Assembly (NCBI GenBank): GCA_963697525.1
Contig: OY969087.1
Span: forward strand, 735,236 to 799,235
Reading direction: 5' to 3'
Length of the DNA: 64,000 nt
Origin: an uncultured delta proteobacterium
GTDB taxonomy: Bacteria > Myxococcota_A > Bradymonadia > Bradymonadales > Bradymonadaceae
Part shown: piece after piece, positions 44,172 through 54,041 of the stretch
How positions within the stretch are numbered: position 1 is the first letter of the stretch
How the letters are laid out: every line of letters starts with the position of its first letter
Program-made: the position numbers and the translations under genes
The notes under the pieces: model-generated
Databases searched by the model: none
The model's input: only the letters and a program-made list of their open reading frames with translations
What the model was told of the DNA's origin: nothing

Positions 44172-45350
44172 TCAGAACCCGCAATTGATGTCGCGCGTGG
44201 AGCACGTTTGGTGGCGGTGGCGGTGGCGGAGCGGGCGCTCGCGGCGCTGGCGGTGCAACCTCATGACGTCGAGATCTTCGAGGACGCGTCGCAGCGTGGT
44301 TTGCCGCGGGGAGTCGGCGTCGAGTTTGGCGTCCGCCCGGCGCAGCTGCACGTGCAGCTTGCCGACCTGGGCGGCCAGCGGCAGCATCAGGGCCTGCTCG
44401 GGGCGAACGCTCAGCATCAAACCGGCGGTGGTGGTCGGGGCCTGGCCGGGCTTGGGCGGACGGGCGGGGACCACGGCCAGCACGCGGCGCAGCAAAAGCA
44501 GGTCGACCTCCGCCGGTGACTTACCGTCGCCCAACTCGGCGCTGAGCTTGCCGTCGGCGTTGTCGATGGCACCGCCCAACTCGGCGACGAGTTCCGCCGG
44601 GGAGAAGGTGGCGGTGACGTCGACCGTGTCGCTGCGATGGATGGCGTGCAGCGGAAGTCTCGCGGGCACGAATACGGCCCGCATACCGCGCGGGACGCGC
44701 TTGGCCAGAACGGGGGCGTCGATAGTGGGCTGGTGGGTCTGGTCGTCTTGCCGCCCACGGCGTGGCGCAGCGAGGCGGGCCAGCTCTTCGAGCGCTGACT
44801 TCAGCGTCCTTCGCCGGCCGGGGGAGTACTCGATGTCCGTGGCGTTGCGCACCAGCAGGTCGAGCCGGGCCGACTGGGCGGCAAGGTCCAGGGTTTGCTG
44901 CTCGCCGGGGACCACGTACAGCCCCAACGTGACATCGTCGGGCGCTGCGGCGTCGTGGGAAATCGCGGCGATTTCCAGGTGCTGCAGCAACAGTATCGCG
45001 ACGTGCCCACGGGAATGGGCGGCGGGATCGTTGACGCCGAAAGTGCCCATCACGTCGACTCGGTCGCCCGGGGCAAGCAGCCGGCCGAACGCCCCCTGTC
45101 CGTGCAGGGTCACAAACGCCAACCGATAGCCTGACGGGATACGCGCGGCGGCCGTCTTGGGGCGCACCTCGGGCGTCTGGTTGGGCTTTGGCGGCTTCGG
45201 GAGGCGGGACGCGGGCCCGGTGTGACGGGTGGTGACGCCGAGCGGGCCGCGCCCGCGGCGGTCGAGCGAGCGCAGCACCACGAAAAAGGCGCCGCAGCTC
45301 AACACGGCGAGCAGACCCGTCAGAAAAACTAAGCGGCGGTTGTGTCGCAT
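44172..45350 (-). CDS. Flp-pilus-assembly CpaB/RcpC-like protein (tentative)
   Basis: An N-terminal TM after MRHNRRLVFLTGLLAVL, a SAF-like region GDRVDVMGTF, and a second beta-rich domain. Weak similarity only. Confidence 0.4.
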   Translation of the reverse strand: MRHNRRLVFLTGLLAVLSCGAFFVVLRSLDRRGRGPLGVTTRHTGPASRLPKPPKPNQTPEVRPKTAAARIPSGYRLAFVTLHGQGAFGRLLAPGDRVDVMGTFGVNDPAAHSRGHVAILLLQHLEIAAISHDAAAPDDVTLGLYVVPGEQQTLDLAAQSARLDLLVRNATDIEYSPGRRRTLKSALEELARLAAPRRGRQDDQTHQPTIDAPVLAKRVPRGMRAVFVPARLPLHAIHRSDTVDVTATFSPAELVAELGGAIDNADGKLSAELGDGKSPAEVDLLLLRRVLAVVPARPPKPGQAPTTTAGLMLSVRPEQALMLPLAAQVGKLHVQLRRADAKLDADSPRQTTLRRVLEDLDVMRLHRQRRERPLRHRHRHQTCSTRDINCGF

Positions 45351-45517
45351 CGGTCGGCTCGCGGTTGGTCGGGTGGCTTGGAGCAATATACCAAACCGGG
45401 AGGTGGATTTCGACGTGGCTCGCCCACCAGCCCACCAATCGAGGTATTGCGAACGCGCCACCGTCGCCCTACAGTAGCCCCACTTATCACATCAACGCGA
45501 AGGCATAGGAGGCGAGG

Positions 45518-46180
45518 ATGCTTTACGAAGAAACGACGACGGGCGCGGTCGTGGCCGGCCATAAGATCAGCACGGGCGGCGAGCTCACCGGCGCGCAGGC
45601 CCAAGAGATCGAAAGCGCGGTGGACGCGCTCAACGAGAAGTACGGCCAAAACATTCGGCTATTCGTGCCCGGCGACTCGGCCACCGACAACGCCATGAAC
45701 CCGGACTCGGAGCTGTACGCCTACGACGTCATCTTCGGGGTGGCCGCCTTGCTCGCCGATCCGTGGGACTGCCCGGCGCCCGTCGCCCCCGAGCGGGTGG
45801 AGAGCTCGATGAAGATGGTGCGCGAGACCCCCGACGAATACTGGGAGGAATTGGCCCAAAAGGTGCCCATCATGGCCGACTTCACCCCCGACGACCCCAA
45901 GACCTATCTGACGAGCTTCGGCCCCCTTCCCTACGCGTGCCTGGCCGCCGGCGTGCCCGTCTCCAAGGACGAGCGCGACAACACCACCTACGACTTCTTC
46001 AGCGTCCAGGATATGTACCAGGAGTGGCAGGACCAGGGCGTCGACGGGGTGCGCATCCAATGCGTCGAGTTCACCAGCGTCTACGAGGTCGACCTGAGCG
46101 CCGACGCCATCGACGAGTGGCTGGCCAAGGCCGACCAGCTCGACGACCCCAAGATCTACATGACCGTGCGCTACGACTGA
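45518..46180 (+). CDS. Hypothetical protein, paralog family member 2
   Basis: MLYEETTTGAVVAG ... KIYMTVRYD; a paralog of the 42723–43379 product. Confidence 0.5.
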   Translation: MLYEETTTGAVVAGHKISTGGELTGAQAQEIESAVDALNEKYGQNIRLFVPGDSATDNAMNPDSELYAYDVIFGVAALLADPWDCPAPVAPERVESSMKMVRETPDEYWEELAQKVPIMADFTPDDPKTYLTSFGPLPYACLAAGVPVSKDERDNTTYDFFSVQDMYQEWQDQGVDGVRIQCVEFTSVYEVDLSADAIDEWLAKADQLDDPKIYMTVRYD

Positions 46181-46211
46181 GGCGCCCCGGACCGTTGTCG
46201 CGAAGGTTCTC

Positions 46212-46790
46212 TCAGCCCAGCGCGTCGACCAACGCCTGGGCGTCGGTGATGGTGGCCTGCGTGGGGAAGACCTTGTCGACGAGCACCCGATGGACCTCTT
46301 CGTCACGGTCGGCGCAGCAATCCTCGACGACCACGATCCGGTAGTCGGCGTCGGCCGCGTGGCGAAGCGTCGACAAGACCACCCCGCTGGTAGCGATGCC
46401 GGCGAGCACAAGCGTCTGGATATTGTTGGCCCGCAGGATCATATCGAGGTCGGTGCCGAAAAACGCGCCCACCCGGTGTTTGGTGACCACCGGCTCGTCG
46501 GCTGCGGGCGCGACCGCCTCGTGCACCTTCGTCGCCTCGCTGCCGACATCGAAGCGCCCGCTCTGGCGAATGCCCGCAAACCTGGCGTTGTTGGGGCTAA
46601 TTTCCGGAAAGCCCTCGCGAAAACCGACCACCACGTAGATGACGCGCATGCCCGCCGCACGCGCCGCGTCGATGACCCCGGCGGTGCGCTCCACGAGGCC
46701 CTCGGGGGCGTAACCCTGCACGATGACGTTTTGATAGTCCATGACCAGCAACGCGCTGGTTTGAGGATCGAGCGACGCAATGTCCTGCAT
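46212..46790 (-). CDS. Isochorismatase-family cysteine hydrolase
   Basis: ALLVMDYQN ... VIYVVVGFR ... LVLAGIATSGVVLST ... VVEDCCAD (catalytic Cys). Start at the internal MQDIASL. Confidence 0.8.
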   Translation of the reverse strand: MQDIASLDPQTSALLVMDYQNVIVQGYAPEGLVERTAGVIDAARAAGMRVIYVVVGFREGFPEISPNNARFAGIRQSGRFDVGSEATKVHEAVAPAADEPVVTKHRVGAFFGTDLDMILRANNIQTLVLAGIATSGVVLSTLRHAADADYRIVVVEDCCADRDEEVHRVLVDKVFPTQATITDAQALVDALG

Positions 46791-46923
46791 AACGGCTCCT
46801 GCGTGTTGGGGAGTTGGGAAGTCGGTGAAAGCGTAGTCCCATTTCGGCGCCCAGGAAAGCCTGCCCGGCCACAAGAACCGACCGCTCCGAAGAATGACCC
46901 ACATCCGCCACGAGAGCCTCAAC

Positions 46924-47069
46924 CCCCGGACTCAAGTCCGGGGCTATTTGGGGGTCGACGTATTGGCAATTGGCTGCTCTCCGTGGCCTCGAAAACCCAC
47001 CTCGTTCCAAAGAAGCAGCCCCCCAATCCTTACGCAGTTCCAACAATAGCCCCGGACTTCAGTCCGGGG
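46924..47069. repeat. MITE/REP-like element copy A carrying two CCCCGGACT(C/T)(A/C)AGTCCGGGG hairpins
   Basis: Direct reading. The core 46945–47020 is the reverse complement of 48827–48922. Confidence 0.8.
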
Positions 47070-47165
47070 TTGAACGATGGCCCAGCCCGCCTCGTCCGCT
47101 TGAGTCAGCCTCGCCGTCTGGCTACTATCGTCGGCACGTGCCACCACATGACTGGAGCCGACCCA

Positions 47166-47740
47166 TGATGTACCGCGTGTCCGCCGTACTTCTCGCCCTC
47201 GCCGCAGTTCTGTTTGTGACCGGCTGCGGGTCCAACCAATGTGACTTCCACGAGCGCTGCTCGGGCAACGTGCGCCAGGTGTGCGGCGACGGGCCGGACC
47301 AGATGGTGGGGCGCGAGGTCCACGAGTTTCCCTGCGCCGATCCCAACCCGGTGTGCGTCGAGATCAACGACGGCAGCTCCACCGCCGCCCAGTGCGTGCA
47401 GGCCGCCGACAGCACCTGCGAGGCGTCGACCTTCGCGCAGAGCTGCCAGGACCAGACGGCCATTCGCTGCCAGAACGGCTATACGGTCGCCGAGGACTGC
47501 AGCTCCGACGGGCCCGACTGCGCCATGGTCGACGGCAACGCGCGCTGCCTGATGTCCCCGGCGACCCCGTGCACGGCCGATTTTCAGGAGCATTGCGACG
47601 GCGACGTGCGGGTGTATTGCCGCAACCCCAGCGACGGCTACGTCACGCGCGAGGACTGCACGGCGCAGTCCCGGGTGTGCCGCACCCAAACCTCCGGCAG
47701 CACCGGCAGCACCTATTGCATGAGCACGGCCAAGCTCTGA
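47166..47740 (+). CDS. Cys-rich secreted lipoprotein (hypothetical)
   Basis: Lipobox LFVTGCGS; 20 Cys in 190 aa with a repeated C..G..C..C pattern. Confidence 0.5.
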
Positions 47741-47836
47741 GCGCGCCCGCCTTCGGGCCGCCGTTGACATCGCCCCGGCGCGTATTAGGTTGCTCCCGCC
47801 GGATACCACACCAACCGCGCACAAATGGGAGCACAG

Positions 47837-48823
47837 ATGAAGACACGCATGCTGGGAAATGACGGCCTCGAGGTCTCCGCCATCGGCCTGGGCTGCATGG
47901 GGATGAGCGACTTTTACGGCACCGCCGATGAGGAGCGCTCCATCGAGACCATCCACCGGGCCCTGGACCTGGGGATCAACTTTTTGGACACCGCCGACAT
48001 GTACGGGCCGTTTACCAATGAGAAGCTCGTGGGCAAGGCCATCGCCGACCGGCGCGACAAGGTCGTGCTGGCGACCAAATTCGGCATCCAGCGAAGCGAA
48101 GACGGCACGAGTCGACGCATCAACGGCCGCCCGGACTATGTGCACCATGCCTGCGACGCCTCGCTGGAGCGCCTGGATGTCGACCACATCGACCTGTACT
48201 ACCTGCACCGCGTCGACCCGGACGTGCCCATCGAGGAGACCGTCGGGGCGATGGCCGAGCTGGTCGAGGCCGGCAAGGTGCGCCACCTGGGCATCTCCGA
48301 GGCCAGCCCGGACACCCTTCGGCGCGCCCACGACACCCACGAGCTGACCGCCCTGCAGACCGAATACTCCGTGTGGAGCCGGTTTGCCGAGGACGAGATC
48401 TTGGTCACCGTGCGCGAGCTGGGCATCGGGTTCGTCGCCTACTCGCCGCTGGGCCGCGGCTTTCTGACCGGGCGCTTCTCGCGCCCCGAGGATATCCCCG
48501 AGGGCGACTGGCGGCGCAACAATCCCCGCTTTCAGGGCGACAACTTCTACAAAAACCTCGAGCTCGTCGAGCATATGCGCGCGCTTGCCGCCAAAAAGGA
48601 CGTCACCGCCGCCCAGCTCGCCATCGCCTGGGTGCTCCACCAGGGCGACGACATCGTGCCCATCCCCGGCACCACCAGCCCCGACCACCTGCAGGACAAC
48701 GTCGACGCCGCCAGCGTCGAGCTCAGCGACGCGGAGCTCGCCGAGATCGACGAGATGTTGCCGCCCGGAGCGGCCGCGGGCACGCGGTATCCGGAGGCGG
48801 GGATGGGGACGGTGGGCCGGTGA
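47837..48823 (+). CDS. Aldo/keto reductase (Tas/YghZ-like)
   Basis: LGCMGMS, the catalytic tetrad context (DTADMYG ... LATKFG ... YYLHR), HLGISEA and PIPGT. 329 aa. Confidence 0.9.
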   Translation: MKTRMLGNDGLEVSAIGLGCMGMSDFYGTADEERSIETIHRALDLGINFLDTADMYGPFTNEKLVGKAIADRRDKVVLATKFGIQRSEDGTSRRINGRPDYVHHACDASLERLDVDHIDLYYLHRVDPDVPIEETVGAMAELVEAGKVRHLGISEASPDTLRRAHDTHELTALQTEYSVWSRFAEDEILVTVRELGIGFVAYSPLGRGFLTGRFSRPEDIPEGDWRRNNPRFQGDNFYKNLELVEHMRALAAKKDVTAAQLAIAWVLHQGDDIVPIPGTTSPDHLQDNVDAASVELSDAELAEIDEMLPPGAAAGTRYPEAGMGTVGR

Positions 48824-48826
48824 GGA

Positions 48827-48950
48827 GGCTGCTTCTTTGGAACCAGGTGGGTTTTCGAGGCCACGGAGAGCAGCCAATTGCCAACACGCCGACCCTCAAA
48901 TTCCAAAGCCGTTCCCCAAATAGCCCCGGACTTGAGTCCGGGGGTTGAGG
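48827..48950. repeat. MITE/REP-like element copy B (inverted relative to copy A) with a CCCCGGACTTGAGTCCGGGGG hairpin
   Basis: Direct reading. About 90% identical to the reverse complement of copy A, with a 20-bp insertion. Confidence 0.8.
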
Positions 48951-49130
48951 CTCTCGTGGCAAATGTGCCCCGCCTTGCGTGTTTGCGCGCGCCCTGCAGG
49001 GTTTGCGACGCCATCTATTGAGGGCGCTGGACTGCGCGCGGCAGGGGTGAAATTAATTTCGCTTGTGGCAGATCTCCCGGCTGCTAGCCTCTTCTCAGTA
49101 AGCTGATGAATTGGTTGCTGGGGAGAACCT

Positions 49131-49826
49131 ATGCCACGCACAATTGACGCAATTATTCTGGCTGTCTCGACAGCCCTCATCCTGGCCTCTTGCTCGTCGG
49201 ACGGGGGATCGACCGATGGCAGCGCCGACAGCGAGACCCATTGGGAGTCCGCGCTGAATGTCTGCCAGTCCGACGGCGACTGCGCGAGCGGGCTGTCGTG
49301 TCTGTGCGGGGTGTGCACGAAGGTGTGCGCGCCGTCGTCGAATGACTGCAGCGCCCTCGGCCAGTCGGCGAGCTGCGTGGCGCCCTCCGGAGGGCTGCCG
49401 TCGAGATGCTCGTCGGCGATTCCCAGCGCCGCCGGTGGACTCTGCCTTGCGCCGTGCCGGAACGACGGCGAGTGTGCGCAACAGGGGCGCGATCTTACCT
49501 GCGCCGGCGCCGGCTACTGCGTGTCCAACGTGGACACGAGCGCGACCGACGCCGGCACCCATCGCGACGCGTCCACAACGCCCGACGCCGGCCTCGACGC
49601 CAGCGCCGACACCACCGACCCCAACTGCCACATCGATTGCTTCGGCGGCCTCGCCTGCGAAAACGGGGTGGTCTATCAAATCGACTATGGCGCGATGCCC
49701 TGCAGCGTGGGCGATGTGTGTACGCGCCATCAGGTGGGCACGTGCTCCAACGGTTGCGCAGCCCCGGGCATCGACGGGATTATCGACGCGGGTAGTGGGT
49801 GGGATCAGATCTGCAATTCGCCGTAG
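49131..49826 (+). CDS. Cys-rich secreted lipoprotein (hypothetical)
   Basis: Lipobox LILASCSS; about 26 Cys with CxDGxC and CxxGxC spacing. Confidence 0.5.
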   Translation: MPRTIDAIILAVSTALILASCSSDGGSTDGSADSETHWESALNVCQSDGDCASGLSCLCGVCTKVCAPSSNDCSALGQSASCVAPSGGLPSRCSSAIPSAAGGLCLAPCRNDGECAQQGRDLTCAGAGYCVSNVDTSATDAGTHRDASTTPDAGLDASADTTDPNCHIDCFGGLACENGVVYQIDYGAMPCSVGDVCTRHQVGTCSNGCAAPGIDGIIDAGSGWDQICNSP

Positions 49827-50191
49827 AGGTCCGCGATGCGCGCCCTGCAGAGACTGTGACGCCGTCTATTGAGGGCGCTGGACTGCGCGCGGACGGCTCT
49901 TGCAGGGCGGACGATCCGCCACGTTTGCGCGAGACGCATGTTTGGGCAATAGCCACGTGGCTTTTCTGCGGGGCAGACTCTTCGCTCATGCGTTGCGAAT
50001 CGTCCGCCCTGCAATGCTAGTTTCACGCCAATAGCCGGCGCCCCAACATCGGTGCGATGTGCTCCCAGCGCTCGCAAGCGAGGGCAAGATGCCCCCGCAC
50101 CGAACAAGGAGCCCAGCGCTCAGCTACCCCTGCAAGGCGCGCATCGTTGGTGCTTCTAACTCAGATCTGCAATTCGCCGTAGAGGTCCCCG

Positions 50192-51182
50192 ATGAACGTC
50201 AAATTGCTCATCGACATGCTCATCCAGCAGACCACGGTGTTGGTCGCCCAGTTGGCGACCACGGCGGGGATCCGCGCGCCGCTGGCGCACGTGGCCAACC
50301 AGGTATTTTTGGATCTGAGCAACGAGTTGGAGGCGCAGGGCGTGTCGCGCAAGGTCGCCGCCGACATGTTCGGCCTGGCGCTTCGCTCCTACCAGCTCAA
50401 GATCCAGCGCCTCTCCGAGAGCCTGACCGACCGCGACCGCTCGCTGTGGGAGGCCATGCTCGCCCATGTCCGCGACCAGCAGGTGGTGCGCCGCGCCGAC
50501 GTGCTCGCCAGGTTTGCGCACGACGACGAGGCCAGCATCAAGGGTATTTTGCGCGACCTGGTGGAGTCGGGGCTGGTCTTCCAGGCCGGCCGCGGCGCGC
50601 AGACGAGCTACCGGGCGGCCAGCGACGAGGAGATTCGAGCAGATCGTCGCCGGTCAGAACGCCGACTCGCTGGCGATGCTTCTGTGGATCGCCATCTACC
50701 GCGGCGGCGCGCTCACGCTCGACCAGATGGTCGCCATGACCGGCGCCGCGCGCGCCGAGGTGGGCGACGCCCTCGACCAGCTCCTCGAGGAGGGGCGCGT
50801 CATCGAGGAGGAGCGCGACGCCGAACTCGTCTACCGCTGCGAGACCTGCCTCATCCCCATGGACCAGACCGCCGGCTGGGAGGCGGCGATCTTCGATCAC
50901 TACAACGCGCTGGTCACCGCCCTATGCGTCAAGCTGCGCCAGCTTCGCCTGGCGACGCTTCCCTCCGATGTCGTCGGCGGCAGCACCTACTCCTTCGACG
51001 TCCCCGAGGGCCATCCCCACGCCGACGAGGTGCTGGCGCTTCTGCGCGAGACCCGCGAGCGGGTGTCGGCGCTACGCCAGAAGGTCACCGCTTATAACGA
51101 CGAGCACGGGCGAGGCGAGGAAGCTGGGCGCAAGGTGACGTTTTATTTTGGGCAGTCGGTGGTGGAGCCGGATGAGGGTTGA
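50192..51182 (+). pseudogene. Hypothetical winged-helix-like regulator-like gene with an internal frameshift near 50640
   Basis: ORF 50192..51097 and ORF 50466..51182 form one collinear protein if a +1 shift is allowed at about 50630–50650. Confidence 0.4.
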
Positions 51183-51283
51183 GGGCCTGGAGCGCAGGCT
51201 GCCAGCCTGCCTTGGGCTTGGCGCGGAGGCGTGCGCCCTGCAGGGGTTGTGGCGCCCCGACCTCTGCAAGGCGCACCGCGTGG

Positions 51284-53731
51284 CTACTGCCCCACCGTCG
51301 GCACGCCGTCGGCCACCGCCGTGCCGAAAAACTGCGCGATGTCGGCCTTCGCCTGGTCGTTTCGGAAGGCCACGAAGTGGCCGTCGTAGCCGTCGGGGGT
51401 GTATTGACGGCCGAAGGCGGTGTAGTCCTTTCCGCCGGTGGTCATGTTGGCGCTGACGGGCAGTGACACCGATTTGGGGCTGCCGATGTCGAACTCGAAC
51501 GGGTCGACGTAGGGGATGCGCATGGCCTTGACCATGATCTCCAGGGAGTGCGGCGGGGTGTAGGTGTCGCCCTTGCCGTACAGGTGGAAGACGTTGGTGG
51601 GGTGGGTCTGTCCGTCGATCTGCTTGGCGACGATGAACTGGGCGTAATTGAGCGGGTCGACCGGATCGAAGAAGCCCTGCAGCAGGCTGACGACGGGCTC
51701 GTCGATGCCCACCTTGGGGTCCTGCAGGGCGACCATCAGGCCGGCCTTGGCGTTGATCGGGCTGGTCTTGGCCAAAAGCGCGCGGCGGAGCTCGGCGCCC
51801 GAGCCGCTCAACACGGCCCCGGCGATGCTGTCGTTGTAGGGAAGCGCGATCGGGCCGGTGGTGCCGCCCTGGGAGTGGCCCATGAAGTAGATCTTGGTGG
51901 GGTCGAGCTTGATCTCTTCGCCGGTTGGCGACTGGGCGGCGGGCAGGTCGAAGCTCTTGGCCCAGGCGACGATGGCGTGGATGTCGGCGGCGCCCTGCAG
52001 GAAGTTGCCGCGGGCGGCCAGAGGGTTGGCGTAGTTGTATACCAGCCCCTCGGGGTCGTCCTGGCTGTCGCCGCGGCGCGTCCCGTGGAGCACCTGATCC
52101 CAGCCAACGACGACCATGCCCACCTGGGTGCCGCCGACGTCGATCTTGCTGACCATCGGCGAGACCTCGCCGACGTGGCTTCGGAAGCTTCCGCCGGTGC
52201 CGTGAGCGTAGATGAGCACCGGCCAGCCGTCCTGGGGCATGGTCGTCTTGGGCACGGTGATGGCGGTGCAGACCTTTTCGTCGCGCACCTTCTTGGGTGC
52301 ATCTCCGTCCATGGCGATGTCGCCGCCGCCGTCGAGGTAGGGCGGCTGGCCCTCCTGGAAGATCGGCAGCGACAGCTTGCCCTGGATCTCGGCGAAGTCG
52401 GGGTTGGCGCCAAAGCAGCCGCGGATATGCGCGTCACCGCTCAACCCGTCGTCGCACGGCGAGGTCACCCCGTCGTCGCACAACGTCGCGTCGCTGAGCG
52501 TGGGCGCACTCTGGGCGGCCGCGTCGGCGAGCTTCTGGGCGGTGGCCAGGGGGTTGCCGGTGGTGAACACGGCGGCGTCGAGCACGTCGTCGGGGTTGAT
52601 GCCCTGGTCGCTCAGCCAATCGCGCAGCGGCTGGTAGGCGTCCCAGGAGGTCTCGTCGAAGTCCGCCGGCCGGTTGGGCGAGATGATCTTGTCGAAGTCG
52701 CTGTCACGGGTGACGTCGCCGCCGTCGGTGTCCTTGACGCCCTTCATCATCACCACCGCATAGGTCGTGTCGGGGGTGAGCGGCCGGCCGGTCTCCGGGC
52801 GCACCGTCAGCCAGTTCTGGCACATATACCGCTGCTTGCCGGTGCTGTAGCGCCAGCTCATGCCCCGGTGGCGGTTGTAGCCCGGCGAGTTGGCGTCGAT
52901 GTTGACGAACTCCAGGGTGGGGCTGTCGCCCGAGCCCTTCAGCGTGTCGAAGTCGATATTGGCGCTGAAGCGGAAGTACACCGTCTGGCTCAGCCCGAAG
53001 CGGTCTTGCTTGGTCGAGATCGCGTCCAGGTAGCGCTGGACGATGTCGTAGCCCAACACGCCCGGCCCCGGCGTGGGGTGGCCGCTCATATCCGGGTGGC
53101 CGTCTTTGATGCGGATGTCGTTGGGAAACGGCAGCCGATAGAACTCGTGGTCATCGCCGCCAGGCAGCTCGAAGAAGGCCCGGGCGCCGGAGTCGTCGTT
53201 GGGCGCGCACTGCACGCCGGTAAACGGCTGGGGCGGCGTCATGGGGTTGGTGCTGCACACGCTGGTGCTGGGGTCGTCGGGCTTGGGAAGGCAGTTGAGC
53301 CCGGCGGCGCAGTCGGTCGACGCCGAGCAAGTCACGCCCACCCCGGCGTCGCCGGTGGCCTGACAGCTCCCCGAGAAGCCGCGCGCCACGCACAGAAGCC
53401 CGCGCTTGCAATCGCCGCTGTCCCCGCAGGTCTGGTTGACGTCGGCGCCGCCAGCCGATGTGCACACCCGGGTGGTGCCGTCGCAATACAGCCCGTCGAG
53501 GCAATTGCCCGTAAACGTGCACGGCTCGCCTTCGGCCGCGGTCGCCTCCGGCTGGCAGGTGCCGTCCTGACAGCTCAACGCCTCGCGGCACATCGTCGTG
53601 CCGCCGCAGGCCTCCCCGTAGCCGACCAATTGCTGGCGGTTGGGCGCCGCCACGCCGGCATCGCTCGAGCCGCAACCGGCGACGAAGCTCAAACACACAC
53701 CCAAAAGCAGCCACTTGCCGTACTTCATCAC
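51284..53731 (-). CDS. Secreted lipoprotein: N-terminal Cys-rich repeats fused to an alpha/beta-hydrolase (lipase/esterase) domain
   Basis: Lipobox SFVAGCGS. Repeated C..G.C..G..C modules over aa 40–150. FMGHSQGG nucleophile elbow; 815 aa. Confidence 0.7.
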   Translation of the reverse strand: MMKYGKWLLLGVCLSFVAGCGSSDAGVAAPNRQQLVGYGEACGGTTMCREALSCQDGTCQPEATAAEGEPCTFTGNCLDGLYCDGTTRVCTSAGGADVNQTCGDSGDCKRGLLCVARGFSGSCQATGDAGVGVTCSASTDCAAGLNCLPKPDDPSTSVCSTNPMTPPQPFTGVQCAPNDDSGARAFFELPGGDDHEFYRLPFPNDIRIKDGHPDMSGHPTPGPGVLGYDIVQRYLDAISTKQDRFGLSQTVYFRFSANIDFDTLKGSGDSPTLEFVNIDANSPGYNRHRGMSWRYSTGKQRYMCQNWLTVRPETGRPLTPDTTYAVVMMKGVKDTDGGDVTRDSDFDKIISPNRPADFDETSWDAYQPLRDWLSDQGINPDDVLDAAVFTTGNPLATAQKLADAAAQSAPTLSDATLCDDGVTSPCDDGLSGDAHIRGCFGANPDFAEIQGKLSLPIFQEGQPPYLDGGGDIAMDGDAPKKVRDEKVCTAITVPKTTMPQDGWPVLIYAHGTGGSFRSHVGEVSPMVSKIDVGGTQVGMVVVGWDQVLHGTRRGDSQDDPEGLVYNYANPLAARGNFLQGAADIHAIVAWAKSFDLPAAQSPTGEEIKLDPTKIYFMGHSQGGTTGPIALPYNDSIAGAVLSGSGAELRRALLAKTSPINAKAGLMVALQDPKVGIDEPVVSLLQGFFDPVDPLNYAQFIVAKQIDGQTHPTNVFHLYGKGDTYTPPHSLEIMVKAMRIPYVDPFEFDIGSPKSVSLPVSANMTTGGKDYTAFGRQYTPDGYDGHFVAFRNDQAKADIAQFFGTAVADGVPTVGQ

Positions 53732-53832
53732 ACAGACCTCGTTTGTCGCACGAACATCAATGGGTTCACTGTGGCGAAAAATGCCGGTCCTGGCAAATAA
53801 GTTCGGCGACGGTGCCCGTCGACCGGCACGAC

Positions 53833-53940
53833 GTGCTCGTAGTCGTAGTCGTGATCGTGCTCGTAGTCGTAGTCGTAGTCGTAGTCGTGATCGTGATCGG
53901 TTGTTCGACCAAACGGCCGACCACGATCACGATCACGAAC
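53833..53940. repeat. Symmetrical simple repeat (GTCGTA)n/(GTGATC)n with an inverted CGTGATCGTGATCG / CGATCACGATCACG stem
   Basis: Direct reading of the 5' leader region of the lipase gene. It overlaps small ORF 53728..53994 (minus), which encodes DHDYDYDYDYEHDHDYDYEH. Confidence 0.8.
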
Positions 53941-54041
53941 GACGCGGCGCGCCCACTTGATGTAGCCCTTGTTGGCAACTTGCCGCGTCCCCACATTTCA
54001 GGGCGTACGCCGTCAATCATGTACGACCGTGGGAGGACGCC

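Noticed and set aside
53728-53994. Small ORF encoding the DHDY-repeat peptide as a confident CDS
   Set aside because: The repeat is palindromic simple sequence, so the ORF may be incidental. Kept only as a finding, not as a called gene.
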